DNA of 64,000 nucleotides from Candidatus Iainarchaeum sp. (GTDB lineage: Archaea > Iainarchaeota > Iainarchaeia > Iainarchaeales > JAZDFD01), in the NCBI GenBank assembly GCA_043808155.1, contig JAZDFD010000028.1, positions 6,697 to 70,696 of the forward strand. The letters run 5' to 3'. This document shows, piece by piece, positions 19,670 through 29,477 of this stretch. Below the pieces are notes generated by a model, which saw nothing but the letters and a program-made list of their open reading frames with translations, made no database searches and had not been told where the DNA came from. The translations under genes and the position numbers were made by a program. Every line of letters starts with the position of its first letter. The stretch's first letter is position 1.

Positions 19670-19995
19670 ATATACATAAACAAAGTATTTAAAGGTAATT
19701 AATGTGTCATAGCGAACAACGTGAGCGTACCCGATTTCTGCTTTAGCAGAAATGGGCGCATTTCAGCAGAGCTGAAATAGCGTGACACCCGTACTCGCCG
19801 GACGTGACGGCGATATACATAAACAAAGTATTTAAAGCTAATCCAAAAGCGAACAAAGTGAGCAAGTACTACCGAGCCAAAGCGAAGTGTACTCAAGCTC
19901 GAGGATTGAGCCTCGCGGGCGTTCGGCGCTGGACGTAACGGCGAGCGGAGCGAGATGTGGCACCACAGTGCCACGCGCACCAGCCTGGCGCTCGG
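19670..19995 (+). repeat. Composite cluster of palindromic elements with a 25-bp direct repeat
   Basis: ATATACATAAACAAAGTATTTAAAG at 19670 and 19813; GC-rich stacked hairpins; modules shared with 42513-42569, 10173 and 53420. Confidence 0.88.
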
Positions 19996-19996
19996 C

Positions 19997-20005
19997 TTTA
20001 TAAAA
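19997..20005 (+). promoter_or_regulatory. TATA box of the RNA polymerase operon
   Basis: TTTATAAAA about 150 bp upstream of rpoH. Confidence 0.5.
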
Positions 20006-20154
20006 CTTTCCCAATTATAATATGTAAAATAAAAGAGACACATGTGTGTCGATTTTTCCAGCTACTATGAAACCCTCGTGAATTGATGCCAAAACAAAGA
20101 ATTACGCGATTTTAGAGATGTTTCCGGAAAAATCATCAATATATGGTGAGCTTG

Positions 20155-20385
20155 ATGGCGTTTAAGATTGGAGACCACTTTTTAGTTCCGGAGCATATTA
20201 TTATGCCTCCTGAAAAGGCAACTGAACTTCTTGAAAAACTTGGAATTACAAAAAAAGATATGCCAAAAATCCCGAAAAACGACACAGCCTTGAAAGATCT
20301 TAAACCTGTCAAAGGCGATATTATAAAAATTATAAGAGACAGCCCTACCGCAGGAAAAAGTGTATACTATAGGGTTGTAATTTAA
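20155..20385 (+). CDS. rpoH: RNA polymerase subunit H (Rpo5)
   Basis: HFLVPEH...GDIIKIIRDSPTAG...YYRVV; GGTGA RBS. Confidence 0.96.
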   Translation: MAFKIGDHFLVPEHIIMPPEKATELLEKLGITKKDMPKIPKNDTALKDLKPVKGDIIKIIRDSPTAGKSVYYRVVI

Positions 20386-20388
20386 CTG

Positions 20389-21864
20389 GTGATATTTTTG
20401 GATGGATGGCCGATTATAGATTCATATTTCCGTGACAGGAATCTGGCAAAAATGGAAATTGATTCATTTAATCAGTTTGTAGAAAAGAAACTTGATGAAA
20501 TCATAGATGAGAACAAGGAAATTATTCCTAAAATTGAAGAAGTTAAAATTGAGCTTTCAGAAATTAAAATTGATAAACCAAGAATTGTTGAAGCAGATGG
20601 AAGTCCCAGAACACAATTTTACCCAATGGAAGCAAGGTTGAGAAACAGAACCTATGCAGGGCCTTTATTTCTAACAATGAAACTTCTCAGAAGAGATGTT
20701 GAACAGGATGTTAAAACTACTTATATTGGTGATCTTCCAATAATGCTTAAATCAGATATGTGCTGGTTAAACGGAAAAAACGATGAAGAACTAATGGAAA
20801 TGGGCGAAGACCCAAAAGATTTCGGTGGTTACTTTATTGTAAACGGTTCTGAAAAAGCATTGATGACACAGGAAGTTCTGGCATCAGACAGAGTATTAAT
20901 TTCAGAACAGGACGCAAAAGGAGTTGTATCCGAAGTAATTTCTACAAAGGGCGCATTTAAAGGAAGAATCAGAATTTCCAGAAAACCTGACGGACTTTTG
21001 CATGTTACATTCCCTGCGTCTCCAAAAAAGCTCGGATTGTTTACATTAATGAAAGCATTGGGATTGAAAACCCAGAAAGATATAAGAGGCGCATTTGGTG
21101 AAAGCAAGGAAATTGACAATGATATTTTAATCAACTGGGAAAACTGCGAAATCCGAAATGAAGAAGAAGCACTTGACAAGATTGGAAAGTTTGTTGCACC
21201 AGGACAGGTAATTGATTACAGACTCAAAAGAGCACAGGAAGTTATTGATGCATTCTTGCTTCCGCACATTGGGCAGGAAAAAGAAGCAAGACTTGCAAAG
21301 GCATATTACCTGGGAATGATGGCAACAAAAGCAATTGAAAGAGCACACGGATTACGTGGGGAAGATGACAAAGATCACTACGCAAACAAAAGATTAGAGT
21401 TAAGCGGAAAATTAATGGAACACTTATTCAGATATTCATTCAAATACTTTGTAAAAGATTTGAGATTCCAAATTGACAGAACTATTACAAGAAGAAGAAA
21501 ATTAAATATTGCAACAGTTGTAAGACCTGGTGCAGTAACTGAAAGAATTAAATTTGCAATGAGCACAGGAAACTGGATTGGAAGAGCAACTGGTGTTTCT
21601 AAATTTATGGACCGTGTAAATTACTTAAGTCCATTAACGGATTTGAGAAAAGTTAAAAGTCCTTTGAATAAAAACAGAGAATTATATGAAGCACGTGATG
21701 TGCACGGAACCCATTGGGGAAGATTAGACCCAATTGAAACTCCTGATGGTCCGCAGTGTGGTTTAGTTAAGAATTTATGTTTAATGGCAGAAGTGACAAC
21801 AGAAACAGATGAAGCGCCAATTGAAGAATTTTTGAAAAATAAGGGCGTTGCATTGAGAAAGTAG
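20389..21864 (+). CDS. rpoB2: RNA polymerase subunit B'' (Rpo2N)
   Basis: PMEARLRN, GGYFIVNGSE, DDKDHYANKRL, ETPDGPQCGLVKNL. Confidence 0.96.
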   Translation: MIFLDGWPIIDSYFRDRNLAKMEIDSFNQFVEKKLDEIIDENKEIIPKIEEVKIELSEIKIDKPRIVEADGSPRTQFYPMEARLRNRTYAGPLFLTMKLLRRDVEQDVKTTYIGDLPIMLKSDMCWLNGKNDEELMEMGEDPKDFGGYFIVNGSEKALMTQEVLASDRVLISEQDAKGVVSEVISTKGAFKGRIRISRKPDGLLHVTFPASPKKLGLFTLMKALGLKTQKDIRGAFGESKEIDNDILINWENCEIRNEEEALDKIGKFVAPGQVIDYRLKRAQEVIDAFLLPHIGQEKEARLAKAYYLGMMATKAIERAHGLRGEDDKDHYANKRLELSGKLMEHLFRYSFKYFVKDLRFQIDRTITRRRKLNIATVVRPGAVTERIKFAMSTGNWIGRATGVSKFMDRVNYLSPLTDLRKVKSPLNKNRELYEARDVHGTHWGRLDPIETPDGPQCGLVKNLCLMAEVTTETDEAPIEEFLKNKGVALRK

Positions 21865-21869
21865 GTGTT

Positions 21870-23693
21870 TTGATGGCGAGCAGAGCAAAAGTGTATATTA
21901 ACGGTCGATTAATTGGTTTCTATGATGATGGAATCAAATTGACTGAAGAACTTATCCGAGCAAGACGTGAGGGAAAATTGAGTCATCTTGCAAATATTGC
22001 ACATCACAAAGACACTAATGAAATTTATATTAACACAGATGCGGGAAGAGTACAAAGACCACTTATTATTGTAGAAAAAGGAAAATCAAAAATAACACAG
22101 GACCAGTTGAACAAATTAAAAGAAGGAAAATTAGGCTGGGACGATTTAATAAAAGCAGGTGCAATTGAATATTTAGATTCTGAAGAAGAAGAAAATGCAT
22201 ATGTTGCAATTGACGAAGACGCATTAACAAAAGATCATACACATCTGGAAATTAACCCTGCAGGAATGTTTAGTATTATTTCATCATTAATTCCGTTCTT
22301 ACCGCACAACATGGCAGGTAAGGCACTGCACGGTGCAAAAATGTTTAAACAGGCAATTGGAATTCCCGGAATTAATTATAATTTGAGAACCGATACTGAA
22401 AGCTATTTACTTTATTATCCTGAAAAAAACATTGTAAGATCAAGAACAATGGATACTATTGAAATGGATAAGCGTCCTCAGAGCCAGAACTTTGTTGTTG
22501 CAATTATGCCTTTCGAAGGTTTCAATATGTTAGATGCACTTATTCTGAACAAAGGTGCAGTTGAACGTGGGCTTGGAAGATCATGCTATTTCAGAACATA
22601 TGAAGCAGCAGAAACAAGATATCCTGGTGGACAAAAAGATACATTCGGAATCCCTGATGAAGAAACAGAAGGATACTACGAAGATGAATTCTATAAAAAC
22701 TTAGGGCCTGACGGTTTGATAAGAGTTGAATCAAAAATTGATGGTAAGGAAATTATTATTGGCAGAACATCACCTCCAAGATTTTTAGAAGAAATTTCAG
22801 ATTTCGGTGTTTCAAAAGAAAAAAGAAGAGAAAGCAGTATAACTGCAAGAAAAGGAACCATTGGATCTGTTGACAAAGTAATGATTACTGAAAATGAAGA
22901 CGGAAACAAACTTGCAAAAGTTAAAATAAGAAGCGAAATGTGGCCTGAAATCGGAGATAAATTCTCAAGCAGACATGGTCAGAAGGGAGTTATTGGTGCA
23001 ATAATTCCTGAAGAAGACATGCCATACACAATAAATGGAATCAAACCAGATATGATTTTGAATCCACACTCAATTCCTTCAAGAATGACAATAGGGCATC
23101 TTCTTGAAATGCTTGGTGGAAAAGCAGCAAGTGTATCTGGAAAGTTTATCGATGGAACTCCATTCAATTCAGTTTCAAGAAAAGATATTGAAAAGATTCT
23201 GAATGAACATGGTTTTAGAAGTGATGGAAAAGAAGTATTTTATAATGGTTTTACTGGTGAAAGAATTGAAGGCGATATTTTTACGGGTATTTGTGCTTAC
23301 AGAAGATTATTCCACATGGTTTCACACAAAGTACAGGCACGTTCAAGAGGTCCTGTGCAAATCTTAACAAGACAGCCAACTGAAGGAAAAGAAAAAGAAG
23401 GTGGATTAAGATTTGGTGAGATGGAAGGTGAAACATTAGTAGGACACGGTGCCGCAATGCTCCTTCAGGAAAAGTTTATTGATGACTCTGATAAAACAAC
23501 TGAATTAGTATGTGAAAAATGCGGAGTTATTGCAGTAAACGATGTCATAAGAAACAGAAAATTCTGTCCAACATGCGGCGGAAGCAAAGTTTACGCAGTT
23601 GAGATGAGTTATGGTTTCAAATTATTACTTGATGAATTAAAAGCATTGGGTGTATTACCGCAATTAAAATTAGCGGATAAGGCGAGTGATTAA
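21870..23693 (+). CDS. rpoB1: RNA polymerase subunit B' (Rpo2C)
   Basis: GDKFSSRHGQKG, NPHSIPSRMT, GGLRFGEME, C-terminal zinc ribbon. Confidence 0.96.
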   Translation: MMASRAKVYINGRLIGFYDDGIKLTEELIRARREGKLSHLANIAHHKDTNEIYINTDAGRVQRPLIIVEKGKSKITQDQLNKLKEGKLGWDDLIKAGAIEYLDSEEEENAYVAIDEDALTKDHTHLEINPAGMFSIISSLIPFLPHNMAGKALHGAKMFKQAIGIPGINYNLRTDTESYLLYYPEKNIVRSRTMDTIEMDKRPQSQNFVVAIMPFEGFNMLDALILNKGAVERGLGRSCYFRTYEAAETRYPGGQKDTFGIPDEETEGYYEDEFYKNLGPDGLIRVESKIDGKEIIIGRTSPPRFLEEISDFGVSKEKRRESSITARKGTIGSVDKVMITENEDGNKLAKVKIRSEMWPEIGDKFSSRHGQKGVIGAIIPEEDMPYTINGIKPDMILNPHSIPSRMTIGHLLEMLGGKAASVSGKFIDGTPFNSVSRKDIEKILNEHGFRSDGKEVFYNGFTGERIEGDIFTGICAYRRLFHMVSHKVQARSRGPVQILTRQPTEGKEKEGGLRFGEMEGETLVGHGAAMLLQEKFIDDSDKTTELVCEKCGVIAVNDVIRNRKFCPTCGGSKVYAVEMSYGFKLLLDELKALGVLPQLKLADKASD

Positions 23694-26331
23694 AATGCTG
23701 ATGAAAAAAATTTCCGCAGTTCAATTCAGAATTCTTAGTCCACAGATTATAAGAAAAATGTCAACAATGGAAGTTAAGACACCTGATACTTATGATAAAG
23801 ATGGTTATCCGATGGAAGGCGGACTTATGGATCCGCACCTAGGTGTGATTAATCCTGGTTTAAGATGTAAAACATGCGGACAAAAAATGAAAGAATGTCC
23901 AGGTCACTTCGGAAGTCTGGAATTAATAAGACCTGTTATTCATTCAGAATTTGGAAGGAAGTTAGAAATATTAATGCACGCAACATGCCAGACATGCGGA
24001 AGAATCACTCTCCCTGCTAAAGATTTAGAAAAATTAAGAGAAGAATCAAAAGGAAAAGCAAGAGATCTTTCAAAGAAAATTGTTCTTAAAGCAAAAAAAG
24101 TCAAAAAATGCCAGCATTGTGGTGGCATCAAAGGATTAGTTATGCTTGATAAACCAACAAACTTTTTCTTAGACAAAGACAGAATTTATCCAACTCAGAT
24201 AAGGGAATGGATTGAAAAAATACCTGACAGTGATTTAATGCTGTTTGGTTATAATACTGAACACATAAGACCTGAGTGGTTTATACTTACAGTTATGCCT
24301 GTTCCGCCAATTACAATAAGACCGTCCATTACACTGGAATCGGGAATAAAATCAGAAGATGATTTAACACACAAATTAGTTGATATTATCAGAATTAATA
24401 TGCGATTGAAAGACAACATTGATGCAGGTGCACCACAATTAATTATTGAGGATTTGTGGGATTTGCTCCAGTATCATGTTACAACTTATTATGATAATAA
24501 CACCGCAGGTGTTCCACCTGCAAAGCACAGAAGTGGACGTGCATTAAGAACAATTATACAGAGACTGAAAGGTAAGAAAGGAAGATTCAGACACAATCTT
24601 ACAGGTAAGAGAGTTAACTTTGCAGCACGTTCTACAATTACACCTGATCCTTTTATTTCAATTAATGAGGTCGGAATTCCGGAAATGGTTGCAAATGAAT
24701 TAACAGTACCGGAACACGTAAGTGAATGGAACAAAGAAGAAATTAAAAAACTGATAAAAAATACTGACAAAGTAGTTTACATCATAAGACCAAATGGTCA
24801 GAGAAGAAAACTTAATAAGGAAAACATAGCTGAAATCTTAGAAGAATTAGATGTTGGTTACAAAATTGAGAGAGTTTTAAGTAACGGAGATATTGTTCTT
24901 TTCAACAGACAGCCATCTTTGCATAGGTTGTCCATGATGGCACATAACGTAAGAGTTTTACCAGGTAAAACATTCAGAATTAATCCTATTGTTTGTAAAC
25001 CTTACAACGCAGATTTTGATGGAGATGAAATGAACGTACATGTTCCACAGACTGAAGAGGGTAAAACAGAAGCACGTGAATTAATGTTTGTGCAAAATCA
25101 TATTTTGAGCCCAAGATATGGTGCGCCTGTTATTATTTTAGATGAAGATGGTGTTTCCGGAATTTATATTTTAACACACAGAACAACAACTTTTTCCAAA
25201 AAAGAAATGATGAAATATCTGTATGAAATGGGAATTGAAGAATTGCCAAAACCAGACAGGGGAAAAAGATATTCAGGAAAATCTTTGTTTTCATTCCTTT
25301 TACCAAAAGATTTGAATTTGGAATATAAAACAAAGAGCTGTAAAATAATCCAAAAAGCAAATCCATGCAAAGAATGCACAAAAGAAAGATGCCCACATGA
25401 TTGCTATGTGAAAATAAAAGATGGTCAATTAGTTAACGGGGTTATTGATGATGCAAGTCTTGGTGAAGGAATGGGTAGATTAGTTGATGCACTGGCAAGA
25501 AACTATGAACCAGCAGTAATTACAAATTTTTATGATAAAATATCAAAAGTTGTAAGTGATTTAGTAACTGTGAAAGGAATGACAGTTGGTTTAGATGAAT
25601 ATGAAGTAAGTGACAAAATTAAGAGAGCAAAAGAACGCGCAGTTCAGGAAGAACTGGAAAAAGCAGAAGAATTAGTTGCACTTTACAAAAAAGGAAAGTT
25701 AGACTTAATCCCAGGAAGAACACTGGAAGAAAGTTTTGAAATAAGAATGATGAGACTCGGTGCACAAATCAAAGATAAAATTGAAAGAGCACTTATGGAA
25801 GAGAGACTGCAGAGACTTGAAACAAACGGAAAATTAAGATTAGACAGTATGATTATGATTTTGAGTGGTTCCAGAGGAAGCAGTATTAACCTTATGAATA
25901 TTGCAGGTTTCTGGGGTCAGGCATCCGTAAGAGAGGGGAGACCAAAGAGAGGATACACAAACAGATTAATAACATTGAATGAACCAAATGATGTTGGTGC
26001 AATTTCAGGTGGATTCATAAAATCAAACTTTATGGATGGAATGGAACCAAAAGAATACTTCTATCACAGTATGGGTGGAAGACAGGGTGAAGTTGACACT
26101 GGTGTTTCTACAAAGGTTTCAGGTTATCTGTACAGAAGACTTGCAAACTCACTGAAAGATTTGGTAATTTACAATGATCATACTACAAGAACAGCTGCAA
26201 AAGAAATTGTACAATATAATTATGGTGACGATGGTGTTTTCCCAATGAAAACAGTACGCGGTAAAAATATTGATATTGAAGAAGAGCTTACAAAAATGGA
26301 AACCCGTGAAAGGTTGAGTGGTAAAAAATGA
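23686..26331 (+). CDS. rpoA1: RNA polymerase subunit A' (Rpo1N)
   Basis: [31 protein letters not shown]. Confidence 0.97.
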   Translation: MIKMLMKKISAVQFRILSPQIIRKMSTMEVKTPDTYDKDGYPMEGGLMDPHLGVINPGLRCKTCGQKMKECPGHFGSLELIRPVIHSEFGRKLEILMHATCQTCGRITLPAKDLEKLREESKGKARDLSKKIVLKAKKVKKCQHCGGIKGLVMLDKPTNFFLDKDRIYPTQIREWIEKIPDSDLMLFGYNTEHIRPEWFILTVMPVPPITIRPSITLESGIKSEDDLTHKLVDIIRINMRLKDNIDAGAPQLIIEDLWDLLQYHVTTYYDNNTAGVPPAKHRSGRALRTIIQRLKGKKGRFRHNLTGKRVNFAARSTITPDPFISINEVGIPEMVANELTVPEHVSEWNKEEIKKLIKNTDKVVYIIRPNGQRRKLNKENIAEILEELDVGYKIERVLSNGDIVLFNRQPSLHRLSMMAHNVRVLPGKTFRINPIVCKPYNADFDGDEMNVHVPQTEEGKTEARELMFVQNHILSPRYGAPVIILDEDGVSGIYILTHRTTTFSKKEMMKYLYEMGIEELPKPDRGKRYSGKSLFSFLLPKDLNLEYKTKSCKIIQKANPCKECTKERCPHDCYVKIKDGQLVNGVIDDASLGEGMGRLVDALARNYEPAVITNFYDKISKVVSDLVTVKGMTVGLDEYEVSDKIKRAKERAVQEELEKAEELVALYKKGKLDLIPGRTLEESFEIRMMRLGAQIKDKIERALMEERLQRLETNGKLRLDSMIMILSGSRGSSINLMNIAGFWGQASVREGRPKRGYTNRLITLNEPNDVGAISGGFIKSNFMDGMEPKEYFYHSMGGRQGEVDTGVSTKVSGYLYRRLANSLKDLVIYNDHTTRTAAKEIVQYNYGDDGVFPMKTVRGKNIDIEEELTKMETRERLSGKK

Positions 26332-27617
26332 CTGCAAAAAAAGAAACAATTAAGAAAGCAGCTGCAACGAAGACAGTAGTGAAGGTAACTAAAGCAATGG
26401 TAAAAACAACTGCTAAAACTGACAAAACCGAAAAGACAAAGAAAAAAACAAAAGCAGAAATAAAAGAAAATGAAATTGAATCCAGTTATAAAGAAGAACT
26501 CTGGGAAAGTTCACCAATACCAAAAATCGTGCTTGATGAAATTGCAATACTTGCAGAAAATAAAAAACTTTCAAAAGAAAAAACAGACAGACTTATTGAT
26601 CAGGTTAAACACAGATGGAACTGGCTTAAGGCTGAGCCTGGTGAATGTGTTGGAATAATTGCAGCACAAAGTTTAGGTGAACCAGGAACACAGTTAACAC
26701 TAAGAACAAAGCACTATGCAGGTGCTGCTGAAGTTTCCGTTGGTTCAGGAATTCAGAGAGTTGAGGAAATTGTTGATGGTAGAAGCAAAGCAAAATATCC
26801 TACAATGACAATTTACTTAAATGATGACATCAGAGGGAATGAGGCAGCTGCAACAAAGTTTGCAAAATTATTAATTGATGTCAGAATTCAGGATGTTGTA
26901 AAATTATACGAGGATTTTGAGAAAAATAAATTTACACTTGAACTGTTAGAAGATGAAATTAAAGACAGAAATTTTGATGAAAAAGAACTTCTTGAAATAA
27001 TAAAAGAAAATGTTAAAGGCGTGAAAGGAAAGCAGAGAAAAAATACTATTGAATTTGAATTCCCTTCAAAAGAACCGCTCTTGAAAATAAGAAAAATTAT
27101 TTTGAAACTTATGAAAGTGAAAGTTCACGGAATTAAAGGAATTGACAAAACAATTGTTTCTGAAAAAAACGGAGAATACAGAATTAAAACATCCGGAAGC
27201 AACCTTAAAGCAGTTCTAAAGATGAAAGAAATTGACCCCACAAGAACAATCACAAATGACATTATGGAAATATGTAAAGTTTTGGGTTTAGAAGCAGGAA
27301 GAAGAATGGTTGTGCAGGAATTAACAAGAACACTTGATGAAAATGATATTCGTGTTGATGTAAGACACCATATACTTTTAGCAGATGCCATGACATTCCA
27401 GGGAGAAATCAAAGGAATTGTCAGAACAGGAATTACAAGAGGCAAAAGCAGTCCTTTCGCAAGAGCGGCATTTGAAGAAACCACAAAACATTTGCTTGAT
27501 GCGGCATTCAAAGGCGAAGTGGAATATTTACAGGGTGTTGTTGAAAACATCATAGTTGGACAGCCGATTAAAGTTGGTACTGGAATCGTGGAATTAGTTA
27601 TGAGAGAACAGAAATAG
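26328..27617 (+). CDS. rpoA2: RNA polymerase subunit A'' (Rpo1C)
   Basis: [27 protein letters not shown]. Confidence 0.96.
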   Translation: MTAKKETIKKAAATKTVVKVTKAMVKTTAKTDKTEKTKKKTKAEIKENEIESSYKEELWESSPIPKIVLDEIAILAENKKLSKEKTDRLIDQVKHRWNWLKAEPGECVGIIAAQSLGEPGTQLTLRTKHYAGAAEVSVGSGIQRVEEIVDGRSKAKYPTMTIYLNDDIRGNEAAATKFAKLLIDVRIQDVVKLYEDFEKNKFTLELLEDEIKDRNFDEKELLEIIKENVKGVKGKQRKNTIEFEFPSKEPLLKIRKIILKLMKVKVHGIKGIDKTIVSEKNGEYRIKTSGSNLKAVLKMKEIDPTRTITNDIMEICKVLGLEAGRRMVVQELTRTLDENDIRVDVRHHILLADAMTFQGEIKGIVRTGITRGKSSPFARAAFEETTKHLLDAAFKGEVEYLQGVVENIIVGQPIKVGTGIVELVMREQK

Positions 27618-27627
27618 GTGAGTAAAG

Positions 27628-27930
27628 ATGAGCATAGATGCAAACAAGGAAATCAGAAGAGCAGTAGACACTGGAAAAACAATTATGGGTGTACGTGAAA
27701 GTGAAAAAAACATATTAAACGGGAAATCAAAACTTATTATTATGAGTGAAAATATTCCTCAAGATGTTTCTGAAAGAATTGAAAGTTTGTGCAAAACCTC
27801 AGAAATTGCGTTATACAAATACAAAGGAACCAGCATGTCACTAGGTTCAGTATGCGGAAAACCATTTCCAATAGCAGTAATGTCAATTGAAAGCACAGGG
27901 AAAAGCAAAGTTTCAGAATTAAGTAAGTGA
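27628..27930 (+). CDS. rpl30e: Ribosomal protein eL30
   Basis: AVDTGK...LGSVCGKPF; conserved synteny. Confidence 0.95.
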   Translation: MSIDANKEIRRAVDTGKTIMGVRESEKNILNGKSKLIIMSENIPQDVSERIESLCKTSEIALYKYKGTSMSLGSVCGKPFPIAVMSIESTGKSKVSELSK

Positions 27931-27943
27931 CTATCAGTATAAC

Positions 27944-28366
27944 GTGGATAATATGAAAATTAGTAACGAAGAAATATTGTATATTAATGCGCTTTCAAAT
28001 GCGTCTAATGTAACTGCAAAAGATTGTCTCATCGGAGAAGGTGTGATTTCTTTTTTGGTTAACGGGAAAGATCTTGGAAAAGCAATAGGTAAAAATGCTT
28101 CAACAGTCAAAACTTTAAGTCAGAAACTTAAAAAAAATGTTGAAATATTTGGATATTTTAAAGAAGTCAAAGAATTCATTAAAAAGGCATTTCACAATGT
28201 TAAAATTGATGACATAGAAATAAAAGAAAATAATGAATCAAAGGAAGTTCTGCTTTCAGTTGACTTCGAAAACAAGAGAAAACTCTTTTCAAACAGAAAA
28301 AGGATGGACAGAATCAAACAAATCTTAGAAAGGAATTATAAGGTTACAGGGATAAGGATTAAATAA
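27944..28366 (+). CDS. nusA: Archaeal NusA (KH domain)
   Basis: GKAIGKN KH motif; lies between rpl30e and rps12. Confidence 0.9.
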   Translation: MDNMKISNEEILYINALSNASNVTAKDCLIGEGVISFLVNGKDLGKAIGKNASTVKTLSQKLKKNVEIFGYFKEVKEFIKKAFHNVKIDDIEIKENNESKEVLLSVDFENKRKLFSNRKRMDRIKQILERNYKVTGIRIK

Positions 28367-28403
28367 AGTATCTGTAAAGAAAATATGTTTAAATGGTGAA
28401 ATT

Positions 28404-28838
28404 ATGGCAAAAGGTGAATTTTCAGCAAAACAGCTTGAGAAAAAGCGAAAGAAGTGGAAATGGAAAAAGAAAACCTATAGACAGGCAAAATTAAATCCTA
28501 AGAAAGCGAAAAAACAGGATTTGCTTGAGGGTTCACCACAGGCACGCGGAATTGTTATTGAAAAGCGTGGAGTTACAGCAAGACAGCCAAACTCAGGAAT
28601 CAGAAAATGTGTAAGAGTTCAGCTTATCAAAAACAGCAGACAGTTAACTGCAATGGCACCCTTTGATGGTGCAATTAAGTATATTGATGAACACGATGAA
28701 GTTTTGGTTGAAGGTATTGGCGGTTCAAAAGGAAGTGCAAAAGGAGACCTTTGGGGTGTGAAATACAAAGTTATTAAAGTAAATAATCAAAGTTTGGAAA
28801 TGCTCAGAACAGGAAAGAAAGAGAAGGTTAAGAGGTAA
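28404..28838 (+). CDS. rps12: Ribosomal protein uS12
   Basis: [24 protein letters not shown]. Confidence 0.96.
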   Translation: MAKGEFSAKQLEKKRKKWKWKKKTYRQAKLNPKKAKKQDLLEGSPQARGIVIEKRGVTARQPNSGIRKCVRVQLIKNSRQLTAMAPFDGAIKYIDEHDEVLVEGIGGSKGSAKGDLWGVKYKVIKVNNQSLEMLRTGKKEKVKR

Positions 28839-28843
28839 TTAAA

Positions 28844-29449
28844 ATGACTACAAGGATTTTTAACAAATGGGACACTGTAGATGTGAAAGTGAATGATTTA
28901 GGAATCGCTAATTACATTATGCTTGACACAAAAATAATTCCTCATACTTTCGGTAAAGGCACAAGAAAAAGATTTGCAAAGGGCAGTGTTAATGTTGTTG
29001 AAAGACTTGTAAACAAACTCATGCGTTCAGGTCAGGGAAAACGAAAGATGAGTGGTAAATACATCCGAGGACGCGGTGGATGCGGAAAAAAATTACAAGC
29101 ACTGAATATTGTTGAAAATGCATTTGAAATAGTTGAAAATAAAACAAAAACAAATCCTGTTCAGGTTTTAGTAGATGCAATTGCAAACGCATCTCCAAGA
29201 GAAGACACCACAAGAATTAAGAAAGGTGGAATCAGCTATGCACAAGCAGTAGATGTTGCACCAATGAACAGAGTAGATGAAGCAATTAAAAATATTGCAT
29301 TATCAGCTTTTGCTGGTTCGTTCAAAAATAAACGTTCACCTGCAGATGCATTAGCAGAAGAACTTATACTTGCATCAAAAGGCGACGTGAAGAGTTTCTC
29401 AGTAAAAAGAAGAGACGAAATTGAAAGAATTGCAAAGAGCTCTAGATAA
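28844..29449 (+). CDS. rps7: Ribosomal protein uS7
   Basis: NPVQVLVDAI...PREDTTR, ERIAKSSR. Confidence 0.96.
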   Translation: MTTRIFNKWDTVDVKVNDLGIANYIMLDTKIIPHTFGKGTRKRFAKGSVNVVERLVNKLMRSGQGKRKMSGKYIRGRGGCGKKLQALNIVENAFEIVENKTKTNPVQVLVDAIANASPREDTTRIKKGGISYAQAVDVAPMNRVDEAIKNIALSAFAGSFKNKRSPADALAEELILASKGDVKSFSVKRRDEIERIAKSSR

Positions 29450-29477
29450 GTAGTGAAGTTTGTTATGGTGAGTTATA

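Noticed and set aside
19699-20043. 114-aa minus-strand ORF
   Set aside because: Lies over the GC-rich palindrome cluster, has Arg/Ser-biased composition and no recognisable motif.
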